Assembly: GCA_963781585.1 (NCBI GenBank)
Contig: CAWAGQ010000017.1
Location: forward strand, 18,469 to 82,468
Length of the DNA: 64,000 bases
Direction of reading: 5' to 3'
Origin: an uncultured Gemmatimonadaceae bacterium
GTDB taxonomy: Bacteria > Gemmatimonadota > Gemmatimonadetes > Gemmatimonadales > Gemmatimonadaceae
Part shown: piece by piece, positions 1 through 8,758 of the stretch
How the letters are laid out: each line of letters begins with the position of its first letter
Position numbering within the stretch: position 1 is the stretch's first letter
Translations under genes and position numbers: made by a program
Notes under the pieces: generated by a model
Databases searched by the model: none
Told to the model about the DNA's origin: nothing
The model's input: the letters and a program-made list of their open reading frames with translations, nothing else

Positions 1-1907
1 ACCGTTACGGCGATGCGCTGGAGTTCGCCAAGGATTTCTTCTACGCGATCTCGCAGATGGCGATGACGCCATCGGCCGAGACGTATCTGGCGGCGTTGTC
101 GCAACGGACGGTGACGCCGGTGAGCGGCATCGGGAGCGTAGAGACGCCGGCGCGCGGTGTGGGAATGATCGAGGGGACGCCGGTGCACGGCATGACGGGG
201 CTGACCGGAACCGGCACCCAGACTCCGGTTGGATCCACCCCCGCGTTAGGCATTCCGATACCGGCGGCCGCACGCGCCGACACGTCTGCCGCCCGGGCCG
301 CCTCCGAGGAGGTGACGGTTCCGATACCGGTCGCGGCGCTGGCCGGGCGCGCGGGCCAGGGCGCGGCGATCGCGGCCGACGCGCAAACGGCCAGCGAGGC
401 ACCCACGCTCGAAGTGGAGCCCGGCGGGATGACCGGGCCGGACGAAATGGGCGAGCCGGTCCCTCCGCGGCCGCGCGGGCGTCGGAGGCTCACCGTGGGA
501 GTCGCGGTACTCGGGGTGCTGTTGCTGACCACGATCGCGGTATGGGGCCGGAACCGTGGCACGACTCAGGCGGTGATGGGGCCGCCGTTGTCGGTCTTTG
601 ACAGTACGGCGTCTGCCACGGCGACGAGCGCCGCCGACTCGGTGAGGAAGGACACGTCCGCCACCGCCATGCCGAACACGGGGTCGCTCGATGACGCGGT
701 CCGGCAGAGCACGGCGAGCGTCTTCGGCATCGGGACCGACGGGCGCGGTGCCGGATTCCTCGCCGACAGCAGCGGCATCGTGCTCACCTCGGCATCGCTG
801 GTCGAATCACAGGATACGGTTCCGGTACTGGTCGATGGCGCGCACCTGCTGCTGGCGCCGGTGCTGGTGCGGGACAAGACGCGCGACGTTGCGGCGCTGC
901 TGATCTCGATGAAGGCGTGCGGCCCGTGCACTCCCCTCGTCCTGGCTGACGACAGCGCCAACGTCGCCGTGAAGGACTCGGTGGTCGCGATCGGCGCGCC
1001 GAGCATGGTGAGCACCCGGCGGGACGGTCGCGGAACGGTTTCGCGCGTGACCGACAGCAGGCTGACCGCCGCGCTGCGCGCCACCGACGGATCGGCGGGC
1101 GGTCCACTGGTTCTTCCCAACGGCCTGGTGGCCGGACTCACGCGCTCGGCCACCAGGAGCACGGCCACCGGGATTCCGGCCGCGACCATCCGGGCGGTCC
1201 TTGCCCGGGCGCAGGATGCCGGCCGGCGGGTGTCGCCGGTGGAGCGCGAGGTGGCGTCGTGGTCGCCGACGCCGGTGCCTAACGCGCTTCTGGCCGATGG
1301 CCGGAAGCGTTCGCGGAAGACGATCGAGGACGGATTCCTGACCCTCAAGGATGACTTCGCCGTCCTGGTGATGACGCCGCAGGTGATGGCCTGGCGTCAG
1401 GAAACCGCGGACTCGTTGAAGAAGAATTACAATCCGATGTCGTTGTCCAGCGAGTGGAACTGCTACGAGCGCGACAAGGGACGCTGCGACCCGATCGCCG
1501 ACTGGCCGGCGTGGAGTGAATACGTCGCCGAGCGGCGCGGGGTGGTGATCATCCAGGTGGCGCCGAAGGACGCCGCGCCACCGGAATACGGGCACCCGAC
1601 CCAGTTGCTGAACCTGCGCAGGGGGAGCGCCGGATCGTTCGTCATCACGCGCGACCAGACGCTCCTGCATCCGATCGACAGCGCGCGGGTCCACACGGTG
1701 GTGAACTGGGAGGCCTATCCCCGCGACCAGCAGGATGTGTACTCGAGAATATTCGTCTTTCCGTTGAGCGATTTCGCGTCGGGCGGCAAGGTCAACATCA
1801 CGGTGACCGACATGAAGAATGGCGACCGCCGAACCGACATTGAATTGCCGGGGAAGCTGCTGGACGCGGTGAAGGCGGACATCCGCGCGATCGACAGCAA
1901 GCGCTGA
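1..1907 (+). CDS. 5'-truncated membrane protein, probably a Ser/Thr kinase C-terminus plus TM helix plus degenerate trypsin-like (HtrA-type) domain
   Basis: The frame is open from the window edge (RYGDALEFAKDFF resembles a kinase C-terminal RYxsAxEF motif). It continues into a Pro/Thr/Ala linker, a TM segment (LTVGVAVLGVLLLTTIAVW) and trypsin-like motifs GAGFLAD..IVLTSASLV, DVAALLI and GSAGGPLV. Confidence 0.65.
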   Translation, partial: RYGDALEFAKDFFYAISQMAMTPSAETYLAALSQRTVTPVSGIGSVETPARGVGMIEGTPVHGMTGLTGTGTQTPVGSTPALGIPIPAAARADTSAARAASEEVTVPIPVAALAGRAGQGAAIAADAQTASEAPTLEVEPGGMTGPDEMGEPVPPRPRGRRRLTVGVAVLGVLLLTTIAVWGRNRGTTQAVMGPPLSVFDSTASATATSAADSVRKDTSATAMPNTGSLDDAVRQSTASVFGIGTDGRGAGFLADSSGIVLTSASLVESQDTVPVLVDGAHLLLAPVLVRDKTRDVAALLISMKACGPCTPLVLADDSANVAVKDSVVAIGAPSMVSTRRDGRGTVSRVTDSRLTAALRATDGSAGGPLVLPNGLVAGLTRSATRSTATGIPAATIRAVLARAQDAGRRVSPVEREVASWSPTPVPNALLADGRKRSRKTIEDGFLTLKDDFAVLVMTPQVMAWRQETADSLKKNYNPMSLSSEWNCYERDKGRCDPIADWPAWSEYVAERRGVVIIQVAPKDAAPPEYGHPTQLLNLRRGSAGSFVITRDQTLLHPIDSARVHTVVNWEAYPRDQQDVYSRIFVFPLSDFASGGKVNITVTDMKNGDRRTDIELPGKLLDAVKADIRAIDSKR

Positions 1908-2004
1908 GTCAGACGCCGCGTTGCGTTCGCGGTGAGGGCTGGTATCCGGCCTGCCCCTCGGCCTCGTCGGGCGCCCCGGCCCCGTGCCCCCGCTGCTCTG
2001 CCGG

Positions 2005-2307
2005 TCAGGCTTTGCCGCGGATCTTCGCCATCCACCACCGAACGCCCACGAACAGGAAGCGCCAATCGTGGAGGAATTCGGGGGGCTTCCCCTCGAAGGC
2101 GTGCCCGACGAACTGAAACAGCCAGCCGAGCACGAACAGGCTGCCCGCGATCCACCAGAGTCCAGCCACGAAGAATGCGACGATGGCGACGGCCACCGAC
2201 AGCACGATCAGCGGGATCCCGACCGTGTGACAGAATCGGTTGATCGGGTGCTGATGGCTCTGCGCGTATTGCACGATCAGCTCGCTGGACGATCGGCTGC
2301 CGGGCAT
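2005..2307 (-). CDS. DUF962/Mpo1-like membrane protein
   Basis: YAQSHQHPINRFCHTVGIP and FQFVGHAFEGKPPEF motifs; ATG at 2307. Confidence 0.85.
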   Translation of the reverse strand: MPGSRSSSELIVQYAQSHQHPINRFCHTVGIPLIVLSVAVAIVAFFVAGLWWIAGSLFVLGWLFQFVGHAFEGKPPEFLHDWRFLFVGVRWWMAKIRGKA

Positions 2308-2322
2308 GTGGACCTCACAGTC

Positions 2323-2371
2323 TATCAGTTGTCGGTTATCAGCTCTCAGCCACCAGTTGTCAACCGTCAGC
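2323..2371. repeat. Degenerate 7-bp tandem repeat, 7 units
   Basis: tatcagt tgtcggt tatcagc tctcagc caccagt tgtcaac cgtcagc. Confidence 0.7.
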
Positions 2372-3652
2372 CATGAGCTCGTGTCCCGCCACCCGCGCGC
2401 ACTCGGCCAGCACGGCGGCCCCGACGAAGATGCTCTCTTCCGCGGCGACGAAACGCGATGAATGTGCCGGTGTGACCATGCCACCTTCCTCCCGTGCGCC
2501 GATGCGGAGAAAACACCCCGGCATCCGCTCGAGGTACACCGCGAAGTCCTCGCCTCCCATATTGGTCAGGCCGAACGGTACCACCGAACCCGGGCCCAGC
2601 ACGTGCTCGGCGGCCCGGCGCGCCCAGGCGCTCTCGCGCGGGGTGTTCACGACCGGCGGTGTGCCGTCGCCGAACGCGATTTCCGCGGCCAGGCCGTAGG
2701 CGGCGGCGACGGTGGTGGCGAGATGGCCGACGTGCTCGCGCAGTGCCGCGCGCACTTCCGGAACCATCGCCCGCAGCGTTCCACTGAGCGCCACCTGCTG
2801 CGGTATCACGTTAGGCGCCGATCCGCCATGCATCATCCCCACGGTGACGACGGCCGTGACCCCCGGGTCGAGCCGCCGGGCGACGATCGTCTGCAGCGCA
2901 GTGACGATCGCGGCCGCGCCGACGATCGGATCGGCACCCTCGTGCGGGCGGGCTCCGTGCGCGCCGCGCCCGGTGAGCGTGACAGTGAAGGTGTCGGACG
3001 ACGCGGCCACCGCGCCGGGGTCGGCCACCACCTGACCGAGCGGAAACCTCCGGTCCACGTGCCCACCGAAAATCGCGACCGCGCCGTCGAGCGCGCCCGA
3101 GGCGAGGACAGCTCGCGCCCCGGCGCCCACCTCCTCAGCCGGCTGGAGAACGACGATGACATCACCCGCCGCCGGGTCTCGCTTCAACAGCAGCGCGGCA
3201 CCGACCGCCCAGGTGGCGTGAACGTCGTGGCCGCAGGCGTGCATCACCCCCGGACAATCGGACGAGAATGGGAGACCTGTCTCCTCCTGAATGGGGAGCG
3301 CATCGATGTCGCCGCGAATGGCGACGGTGGGTGCGGCACCGGCTCCGGGAAGGCGTGCCACCACGCCGGTGGCCGCCACCCGGCGCACATCGTTCACACC
3401 CGCGTTGCGCAGAAAGGTCTCGAGGCGCCCGGCCGTCCCCTCTTCCTTCCACGAGAGCTCCGGGTGGCGGTGGAGTTCGCGGCGCAGGCCGATCAGCGAC
3501 CCGATCTCGTCTGGCGCGAACTGCGCCTGCGGCCCCTCGCCGCGGCCGCCGCCCGGCCGCCCCGTACTTCGGGCGGGCGCAGTCGCGGCCGCGGGTGGCC
3601 GGGGAGAAGCGCCACCACGCTGGGCGTTGACTGCCGGATCGTCACTCGTCAC
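2360..3652 (-). CDS. M20 family amidohydrolase (possible N-succinylamino acid hydrolase)
   Basis: RRELHRHPELS, RGDIDALP, MHACGHD, QPAEE and GGEDF motifs; the GTG start overlaps the upstream stop (GTGA). Confidence 0.9.
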   Translation of the reverse strand: MTSDDPAVNAQRGGASPRPPAAATAPARSTGRPGGGRGEGPQAQFAPDEIGSLIGLRRELHRHPELSWKEEGTAGRLETFLRNAGVNDVRRVAATGVVARLPGAGAAPTVAIRGDIDALPIQEETGLPFSSDCPGVMHACGHDVHATWAVGAALLLKRDPAAGDVIVVLQPAEEVGAGARAVLASGALDGAVAIFGGHVDRRFPLGQVVADPGAVAASSDTFTVTLTGRGAHGARPHEGADPIVGAAAIVTALQTIVARRLDPGVTAVVTVGMMHGGSAPNVIPQQVALSGTLRAMVPEVRAALREHVGHLATTVAAAYGLAAEIAFGDGTPPVVNTPRESAWARRAAEHVLGPGSVVPFGLTNMGGEDFAVYLERMPGCFLRIGAREEGGMVTPAHSSRFVAAEESIFVGAAVLAECARVAGHELMADG

Positions 3653-4785
3653 GAAAGCCAGGGTTCGCCCACCGTCTCTTCGCGAACGGTGAGGTCCTCG
3701 ATGCGGTCGCGGTCGATGCCCACGCCAAGTCCCGGACGATCGAGGGGAACGTGGATGGTGCCGTGATCGGTCATCGTCCACTCGGGGGTCACGATGTCGC
3801 AGTCCCAGTAGCGTGCGCTGGGGGAGATGTCTCCCGGTTTGACGAAATTGGAGAGCGAGGCGAGGGCGACGTTGTAGGCGCGTCCGATGCCGGTCTCCAG
3901 CATCCCGCCACACCAGACCGGAATGCCGTTCGATTCGCAATAGTCGTGGATGGCGACCGACGCGGTGAAGCCGCCCACCCGTCCCGGCTTGATGTTGATG
4001 ATCCGGCCGCTGCCAAGGCGGACCATGTCCTGGGCGCGGTCGAGCGAGGTGATGGACTCGTCGAGGCAGATGGGCGTCTGGAGACGCGTCTGGAGTTCGG
4101 CATGCCGGGCGAGATCGTCGAAGGCGAGCGGCTGCTCGATCATCATCAGGCCCAGCCGGTCGAGCTCCAGGAGCGGCTCGATGTTGTCGAGGGTGTAGGC
4201 GTTGTTGGCGTCGACCATCAGCGGGGCATCAGGTCCGAGGGCGTCGCGGGCGGCCCCCGCGTACTCGACATCGGCCCCCGGTCTGATCTTGATCTTGACC
4301 TTGCGGTAGCCCTGGTCGAGAGCGCGGCGCGCCGTCTCCACCAGGGCATCGGGGGTGGGCTGGATGCCTAACGAGATTCCGACCTCGACCTCGTCGCGGG
4401 CGCCGCCGATCAGTCGCGCCAGCGGGATGCCGAGGCGTTCGGCTTCGAGCCCCCAGATGCCCATCTCCACGGCCGCCCTCGCCATGTAGTTCCCGCGGCA
4501 GTCCTGCGCCAGAAGGGCATGCACTTCGCCCGGGGCGTCGAGCGATCGGAAGAGGATGCGCGGGGCCACGTGGCGGATGATGGTCACCCACGCGCTGTCG
4601 ATGGTCTCGGCCGAGTAGTTGGGATATTCCCCGGCGACGCACTCGCTCCAGGCGGCGGTGCCGCTGCCGTCGCGCAACTCGAGCAGCGCGATGCGTCGCT
4701 CCGAGACCACGCCCGAGGATATCCGGAATGGCTCCCTGAGGGGCAGCCGGATTTCGCGCAGCGTGATGGCGACGACTTCGATCAT
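3649..4785 (-). CDS. menC: o-succinylbenzoate synthase / N-succinylamino acid racemase (enolase superfamily, NSAR/OSBS subfamily)
   Basis: KVKIKI, VDANNAY, IEQPL, CLDES, NIKPGRVGG, WCGGMLETG and GDIS motifs. Confidence 0.88.
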   Translation of the reverse strand: MIEVVAITLREIRLPLREPFRISSGVVSERRIALLELRDGSGTAAWSECVAGEYPNYSAETIDSAWVTIIRHVAPRILFRSLDAPGEVHALLAQDCRGNYMARAAVEMGIWGLEAERLGIPLARLIGGARDEVEVGISLGIQPTPDALVETARRALDQGYRKVKIKIRPGADVEYAGAARDALGPDAPLMVDANNAYTLDNIEPLLELDRLGLMMIEQPLAFDDLARHAELQTRLQTPICLDESITSLDRAQDMVRLGSGRIINIKPGRVGGFTASVAIHDYCESNGIPVWCGGMLETGIGRAYNVALASLSNFVKPGDISPSARYWDCDIVTPEWTMTDHGTIHVPLDRPGLGVGIDRDRIEDLTVREETVGEPWLS

Positions 4786-5624
4786 GGAATGAACTGCTCG
4801 TCAGGCACGGTCAACACGTAATATGGAAGAGCGGGCGGGGCGCCGCGCACGAAGTGTGTGACCCGGAGCCCGCGCCGCAGTGCGGGAACGATGGCCGCGC
4901 GGACGGCGAGTCGCCAGCGCAAGGCGCGATCGCCGCCGGCCGCCTGCTCTGCCTGGAGATCCCGCGGGATCTGGACGCGTACCCCGGGCGTGTCCGAGGG
5001 TGCGTCGGCCGGCGGCTGCGGCAAGCCGGAAGCGTCGACCGGATTCAGCAATGGCAGTCCGGCACCGGCGGGTGCGGGATCGGCGGCGGGTGCGCGAATG
5101 CCGGGTTCACCGGTCAGATCCCACGAGATGACGAATCTGTCGGTGGGGAGCGCGCCATGAAGCGCGCTCCCGGTGTCGGCGCCGTACATGTCGACCACGT
5201 ATTCAACGGGGAAGGCGCCCAGCCGGTCGATGTTGAGGTGCGCGTTCCGGGCGACGAGGGGGTCGTAGGTCCACAGCATCTCTTCGACGCCGAGTTGGCG
5301 GACCTTGTCACGCTGGTAGTGTTTGAGGCGTTCGCCGAGGTGCCGGCCACGGTACGATTCGCGGACAGCGAGCATGTCGGACCAGTGCACCAGTCGTCCG
5401 TCGCGCACTCCGGTCACCCCGAAAACGAATCCCACCATGCGCCCGGCTGGCTCGAAGGCGCCCGCGCTGACGCCGCCGATGCGCTGGCCCACCTTGAGGA
5501 TCGCTGCCGGGACGCGTTCGGAGAATCCGCGGCCCCAGGTCTCCTCCTGCAGTGCCACGCAGGCGTGGAAGTCGTCGAGCGTGACCAGGTCGCGGATGAC
5601 GATATCCGGTGCCGAATGGCTCAT
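4782..5624 (-). CDS. GNAT family N-acyltransferase (possible D-amino acid N-succinyltransferase)
   Basis: HWSDMLAVRESYRGRHLG, WTYDPLVARNAHLN and PTDRF motifs; ATGA overlap with menC. Confidence 0.85.
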   Translation of the reverse strand: MSHSAPDIVIRDLVTLDDFHACVALQEETWGRGFSERVPAAILKVGQRIGGVSAGAFEPAGRMVGFVFGVTGVRDGRLVHWSDMLAVRESYRGRHLGERLKHYQRDKVRQLGVEEMLWTYDPLVARNAHLNIDRLGAFPVEYVVDMYGADTGSALHGALPTDRFVISWDLTGEPGIRAPAADPAPAGAGLPLLNPVDASGLPQPPADAPSDTPGVRVQIPRDLQAEQAAGGDRALRWRLAVRAAIVPALRRGLRVTHFVRGAPPALPYYVLTVPDEQFIP

Positions 5625-5698
5625 ATTCGCCCCGAAATGGGATTCCTCAATGGATGAAAACATGTGTCCGGATCACCGGCGCGCTATCTTCCTCCGGG

Positions 5699-8674
5699 AT
5701 GAGCGCGGATTTCGAGGCGCTGCGTGACGCCCTGTCGGGTGTGTACGCGATCGACGACGAACTCGGTCGCGGTGGAATGGCAACGGTCTATCGCGCCCGC
5801 GATCTCCGGCACGACCGCCCGGTCGCCCTCAAGGTATTGCATCGCGACACCGGCGTTGGTTCCGAGCGGTTTCTCCGGGAGATCAGGACCGCGGCGGCGC
5901 TCTCGCACCCGAATATCCTGCCGGTCTTCGATTCCGGGTCGGCATCGGGTTTCCTCTACTACACGATGCCGCTGGTGGAGGGCGAATCGCTCCGCGGCCG
6001 CCTCCAGCGCGAGACGCAGCTTCCGCTGGCAGACGCACTGCGGATCGCCCGCGAGGTGGCCGACGCGCTGGGCTACGCGCACGCCCATAACGTCATCCAT
6101 CGCGACATCAAGCCGGAGAACATCCTCCTCCACGACGGGCACGCGAGCGTCGCCGATTTCGGCATTGCCGGGGCGATCGTACCGGCGGAGGACGAGCGGC
6201 TGACCTCCACGGGTATCGTGGTGGGGACACCGAACTACATGAGTCCGGAGCAGGCCAGCGGCGATCGGCGCCTGGACGGACGGACGGATGTCTACTCGCT
6301 CGCGTGTGTCGTGTACGAGATGCTGAGCGGCGAGCCTCCACATAGCGGACCCACTCCGCAGGCAGTCCTGGCGCGACAGCTCAAGGGCGAGGTCCGGTCA
6401 CTGACGCCGCTCCGTTCGAGTGTCAGCGGCGATCTGGACGCAGTGGTGCGGCGCGGTCTGGCGCCGGCGCCGGCGGATCGCTACCGCTCCGCGCCCGAAT
6501 TTGTCGCCGCGCTGGACGCTGCAACGCACGGTGACGCGGTGCCGTCAGCCGGGGCGCGCCTCGGCCGACATCGAGTCGTGCGCCTAACGGTACTGGGAGC
6601 GGCCGTTGCCCTGCTCGCTCTGGCCGGACGGCGCATGCTGCGCGGCGGCGGCCACGGTCGGAGCGCTGCGGTCGCGATCTTTCCATTCCGCACCAGCGGA
6701 GCCGGCGTGGACGAATGGACGGAATACCTTCCCGACCTGCTGGCCACGTCTCTCGACGGCACGCCGGGCCTCCCGGTGGCGGACCCGTGGTCGCTGTGGC
6801 ACGCGCTGCGGCCGGATCGTGCCGAACGCGCCCGCAGTCCCGACCCGGATGAAGCGGCGCAACTGGCGAAGCGCGCCGGGGCCGCGACCTTCCTGCTCGG
6901 CGCCGTTGTCCAGACCGGCGAGCGGGTTGTCGTCACTGCCCGGCTCTACGCCAGCGAGCGGGCCAATCTGGTGCACACGTTCTCCGAGGCGACGGTCACC
7001 GACAGCCTGCCTGCCCTGGTCGAGCGCCTGGCCGTCGGCATCGTCGGGCAGCTCACCGGGGAGCCCGGACCTCACGTCGATGCGCATGCCACGGATTCGC
7101 TCGAGGCACTGAAGGCCTACCTGGCGGCGCGCGAAGCGATGCGGCGCGGCCTGGTCGACTCGGCGGACATCGCGATCGACCGCGCCGTTGCGCTGGACTC
7201 GAATTTCGCGCTCGCCCTGGTGACGGCGGTCAGCATCAAGTCCTGGCGGCAGTCGACTGCCGGGCAGGCCTACACCGGATTGCTTCCGCTGGCCGAGCGC
7301 GCCGTGCAGGCCAGCGATTCGTTAGGCGAGCGCGAGCGCCTGCGGGCCCGTGCCGTCCTGGCTTCCATTCGCACCGACGGTGCTGGCGTGGCCGACGCCA
7401 CGAGGCGCATTCTCGAGCGAGACAGCACCGACATCCAGGCGCTCGACCTGCTCGGCTACAGTCACCTGTCCTACGGGTGGCAATACGGAATGGGGGAACA
7501 GGAGGCCCGGGCGGTGTCGGAACGGGTGCTGCGTGTCGACTCGCTCGACGTTCCGGCGCTGGTGCGCCGGTCCTTTCTTGCTGCGGCCGCCGACGATTCC
7601 GCCGACGTGCAGCACCAGATCCGGCGGCTGGTGAGCGCGGACACCACGAACGCGCTGATCCGCTCCGCCTTGCTGAGCCTCCGCGCCCTGCAGGCCGACT
7701 CGGAGCAGTTCCGCAAGCTCGTCGACGCGGTCAGCACCGGCCCCGTGGCCGAGTGGCTGGCCGTGTTTCGCACCCTGCGTTCGTTCTCGCCCGATCGGGC
7801 GGAACAGCTTGCGACACGACTGGAGACGGTCGCCGGCCCGGGCGTACCGCAGCGCACGGCGCTCGGCGCGAGCATACAGCTGGCGATGGCCGAGGGGCGT
7901 CAGCAGGAAGTCGACTCGATCGCCCGGTCGGGCGCGTACAGACCATTTCCGGGCCTCGCGACACAGGTGAATCTCCTGTTCGTCGCCTCGGCCATCGCCG
8001 GAGTGGGAGACAGCTCAATCACGCAGCGGGGCCTTCGCGAACTGGTGGGGCTGGTTCCGATCGACTCGGCCAGCGCGTACTTCGAGACCAGACCGGTCTG
8101 GTGGGCCGGCTGGTCGATTGCGGCGTATAACGCGATGTTCGGGGATTCCACTGTGACAAGGCGGTGGCGCGCCGTCATCGGGTCCCTTCCAGCGGGCGGC
8201 ACCTCGGATGACTATCGGGGCGCATTGCAAAATGACCTGGACTCACGCCTCGCAGCGAGACGCGGCGACCTCCAGACCGCGCTCAGTCTGAGCGAGCGCG
8301 CGTTCGATCTGTGGACGATTCACGCCAATAACACGCTGGAATCCCAACCCGAGCCGGCGATGCGGTTTCACCTGGCCACGCTCCTCCGGGCAACCGGGCG
8401 AACCGACAGCGCAGCGGCGTTGTTGCGCTCGCTCGTTCCTCCCACGACCTGGATGGGATTCTACACGACGCGCGCGTCGCTCGAGTTGGGAGAGATCGCT
8501 GAGGCTGCGGGCGATCGTGCAGCGGCGGCCCGCTACTATGGAATGGCGGCTTCCCTGTGGCGAAGAGGTGGACCCGAGGTCGCGACATGGCGCGATCGCG
8601 CGGTGCAGGGCCTGCGACGCGCAACCAGTGAACCGTCGAGTCGGGCTCCCAGCACGCAGCCACGGCAGCCCTGA
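5699..8674 (+). CDS. Ser/Thr protein kinase with TM segment, TolB_N-like region and TPR-like C-terminus
   Basis: LGRGGMATV, VALK, HRDIKPEN, DFG, GTPNYMSPEQ and DVYSL motifs; helical C-terminal region. Confidence 0.93.
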   Translation: MSADFEALRDALSGVYAIDDELGRGGMATVYRARDLRHDRPVALKVLHRDTGVGSERFLREIRTAAALSHPNILPVFDSGSASGFLYYTMPLVEGESLRGRLQRETQLPLADALRIAREVADALGYAHAHNVIHRDIKPENILLHDGHASVADFGIAGAIVPAEDERLTSTGIVVGTPNYMSPEQASGDRRLDGRTDVYSLACVVYEMLSGEPPHSGPTPQAVLARQLKGEVRSLTPLRSSVSGDLDAVVRRGLAPAPADRYRSAPEFVAALDAATHGDAVPSAGARLGRHRVVRLTVLGAAVALLALAGRRMLRGGGHGRSAAVAIFPFRTSGAGVDEWTEYLPDLLATSLDGTPGLPVADPWSLWHALRPDRAERARSPDPDEAAQLAKRAGAATFLLGAVVQTGERVVVTARLYASERANLVHTFSEATVTDSLPALVERLAVGIVGQLTGEPGPHVDAHATDSLEALKAYLAAREAMRRGLVDSADIAIDRAVALDSNFALALVTAVSIKSWRQSTAGQAYTGLLPLAERAVQASDSLGERERLRARAVLASIRTDGAGVADATRRILERDSTDIQALDLLGYSHLSYGWQYGMGEQEARAVSERVLRVDSLDVPALVRRSFLAAAADDSADVQHQIRRLVSADTTNALIRSALLSLRALQADSEQFRKLVDAVSTGPVAEWLAVFRTLRSFSPDRAEQLATRLETVAGPGVPQRTALGASIQLAMAEGRQQEVDSIARSGAYRPFPGLATQVNLLFVASAIAGVGDSSITQRGLRELVGLVPIDSASAYFETRPVWWAGWSIAAYNAMFGDSTVTRRWRAVIGSLPAGGTSDDYRGALQNDLDSRLAARRGDLQTALSLSERAFDLWTIHANNTLESQPEPAMRFHLATLLRATGRTDSAAALLRSLVPPTTWMGFYTTRASLELGEIAEAAGDRAAAARYYGMAASLWRRGGPEVATWRDRAVQGLRRATSEPSSRAPSTQPRQP

Positions 8675-8758
8675 TACGGGAACTGGCGAGCTCCGGGTTC
8701 ATGCGACCGGGGGCGGCCGACGCGCCACCCGTATCGCTCTACCACGACGGCGGCCGGC

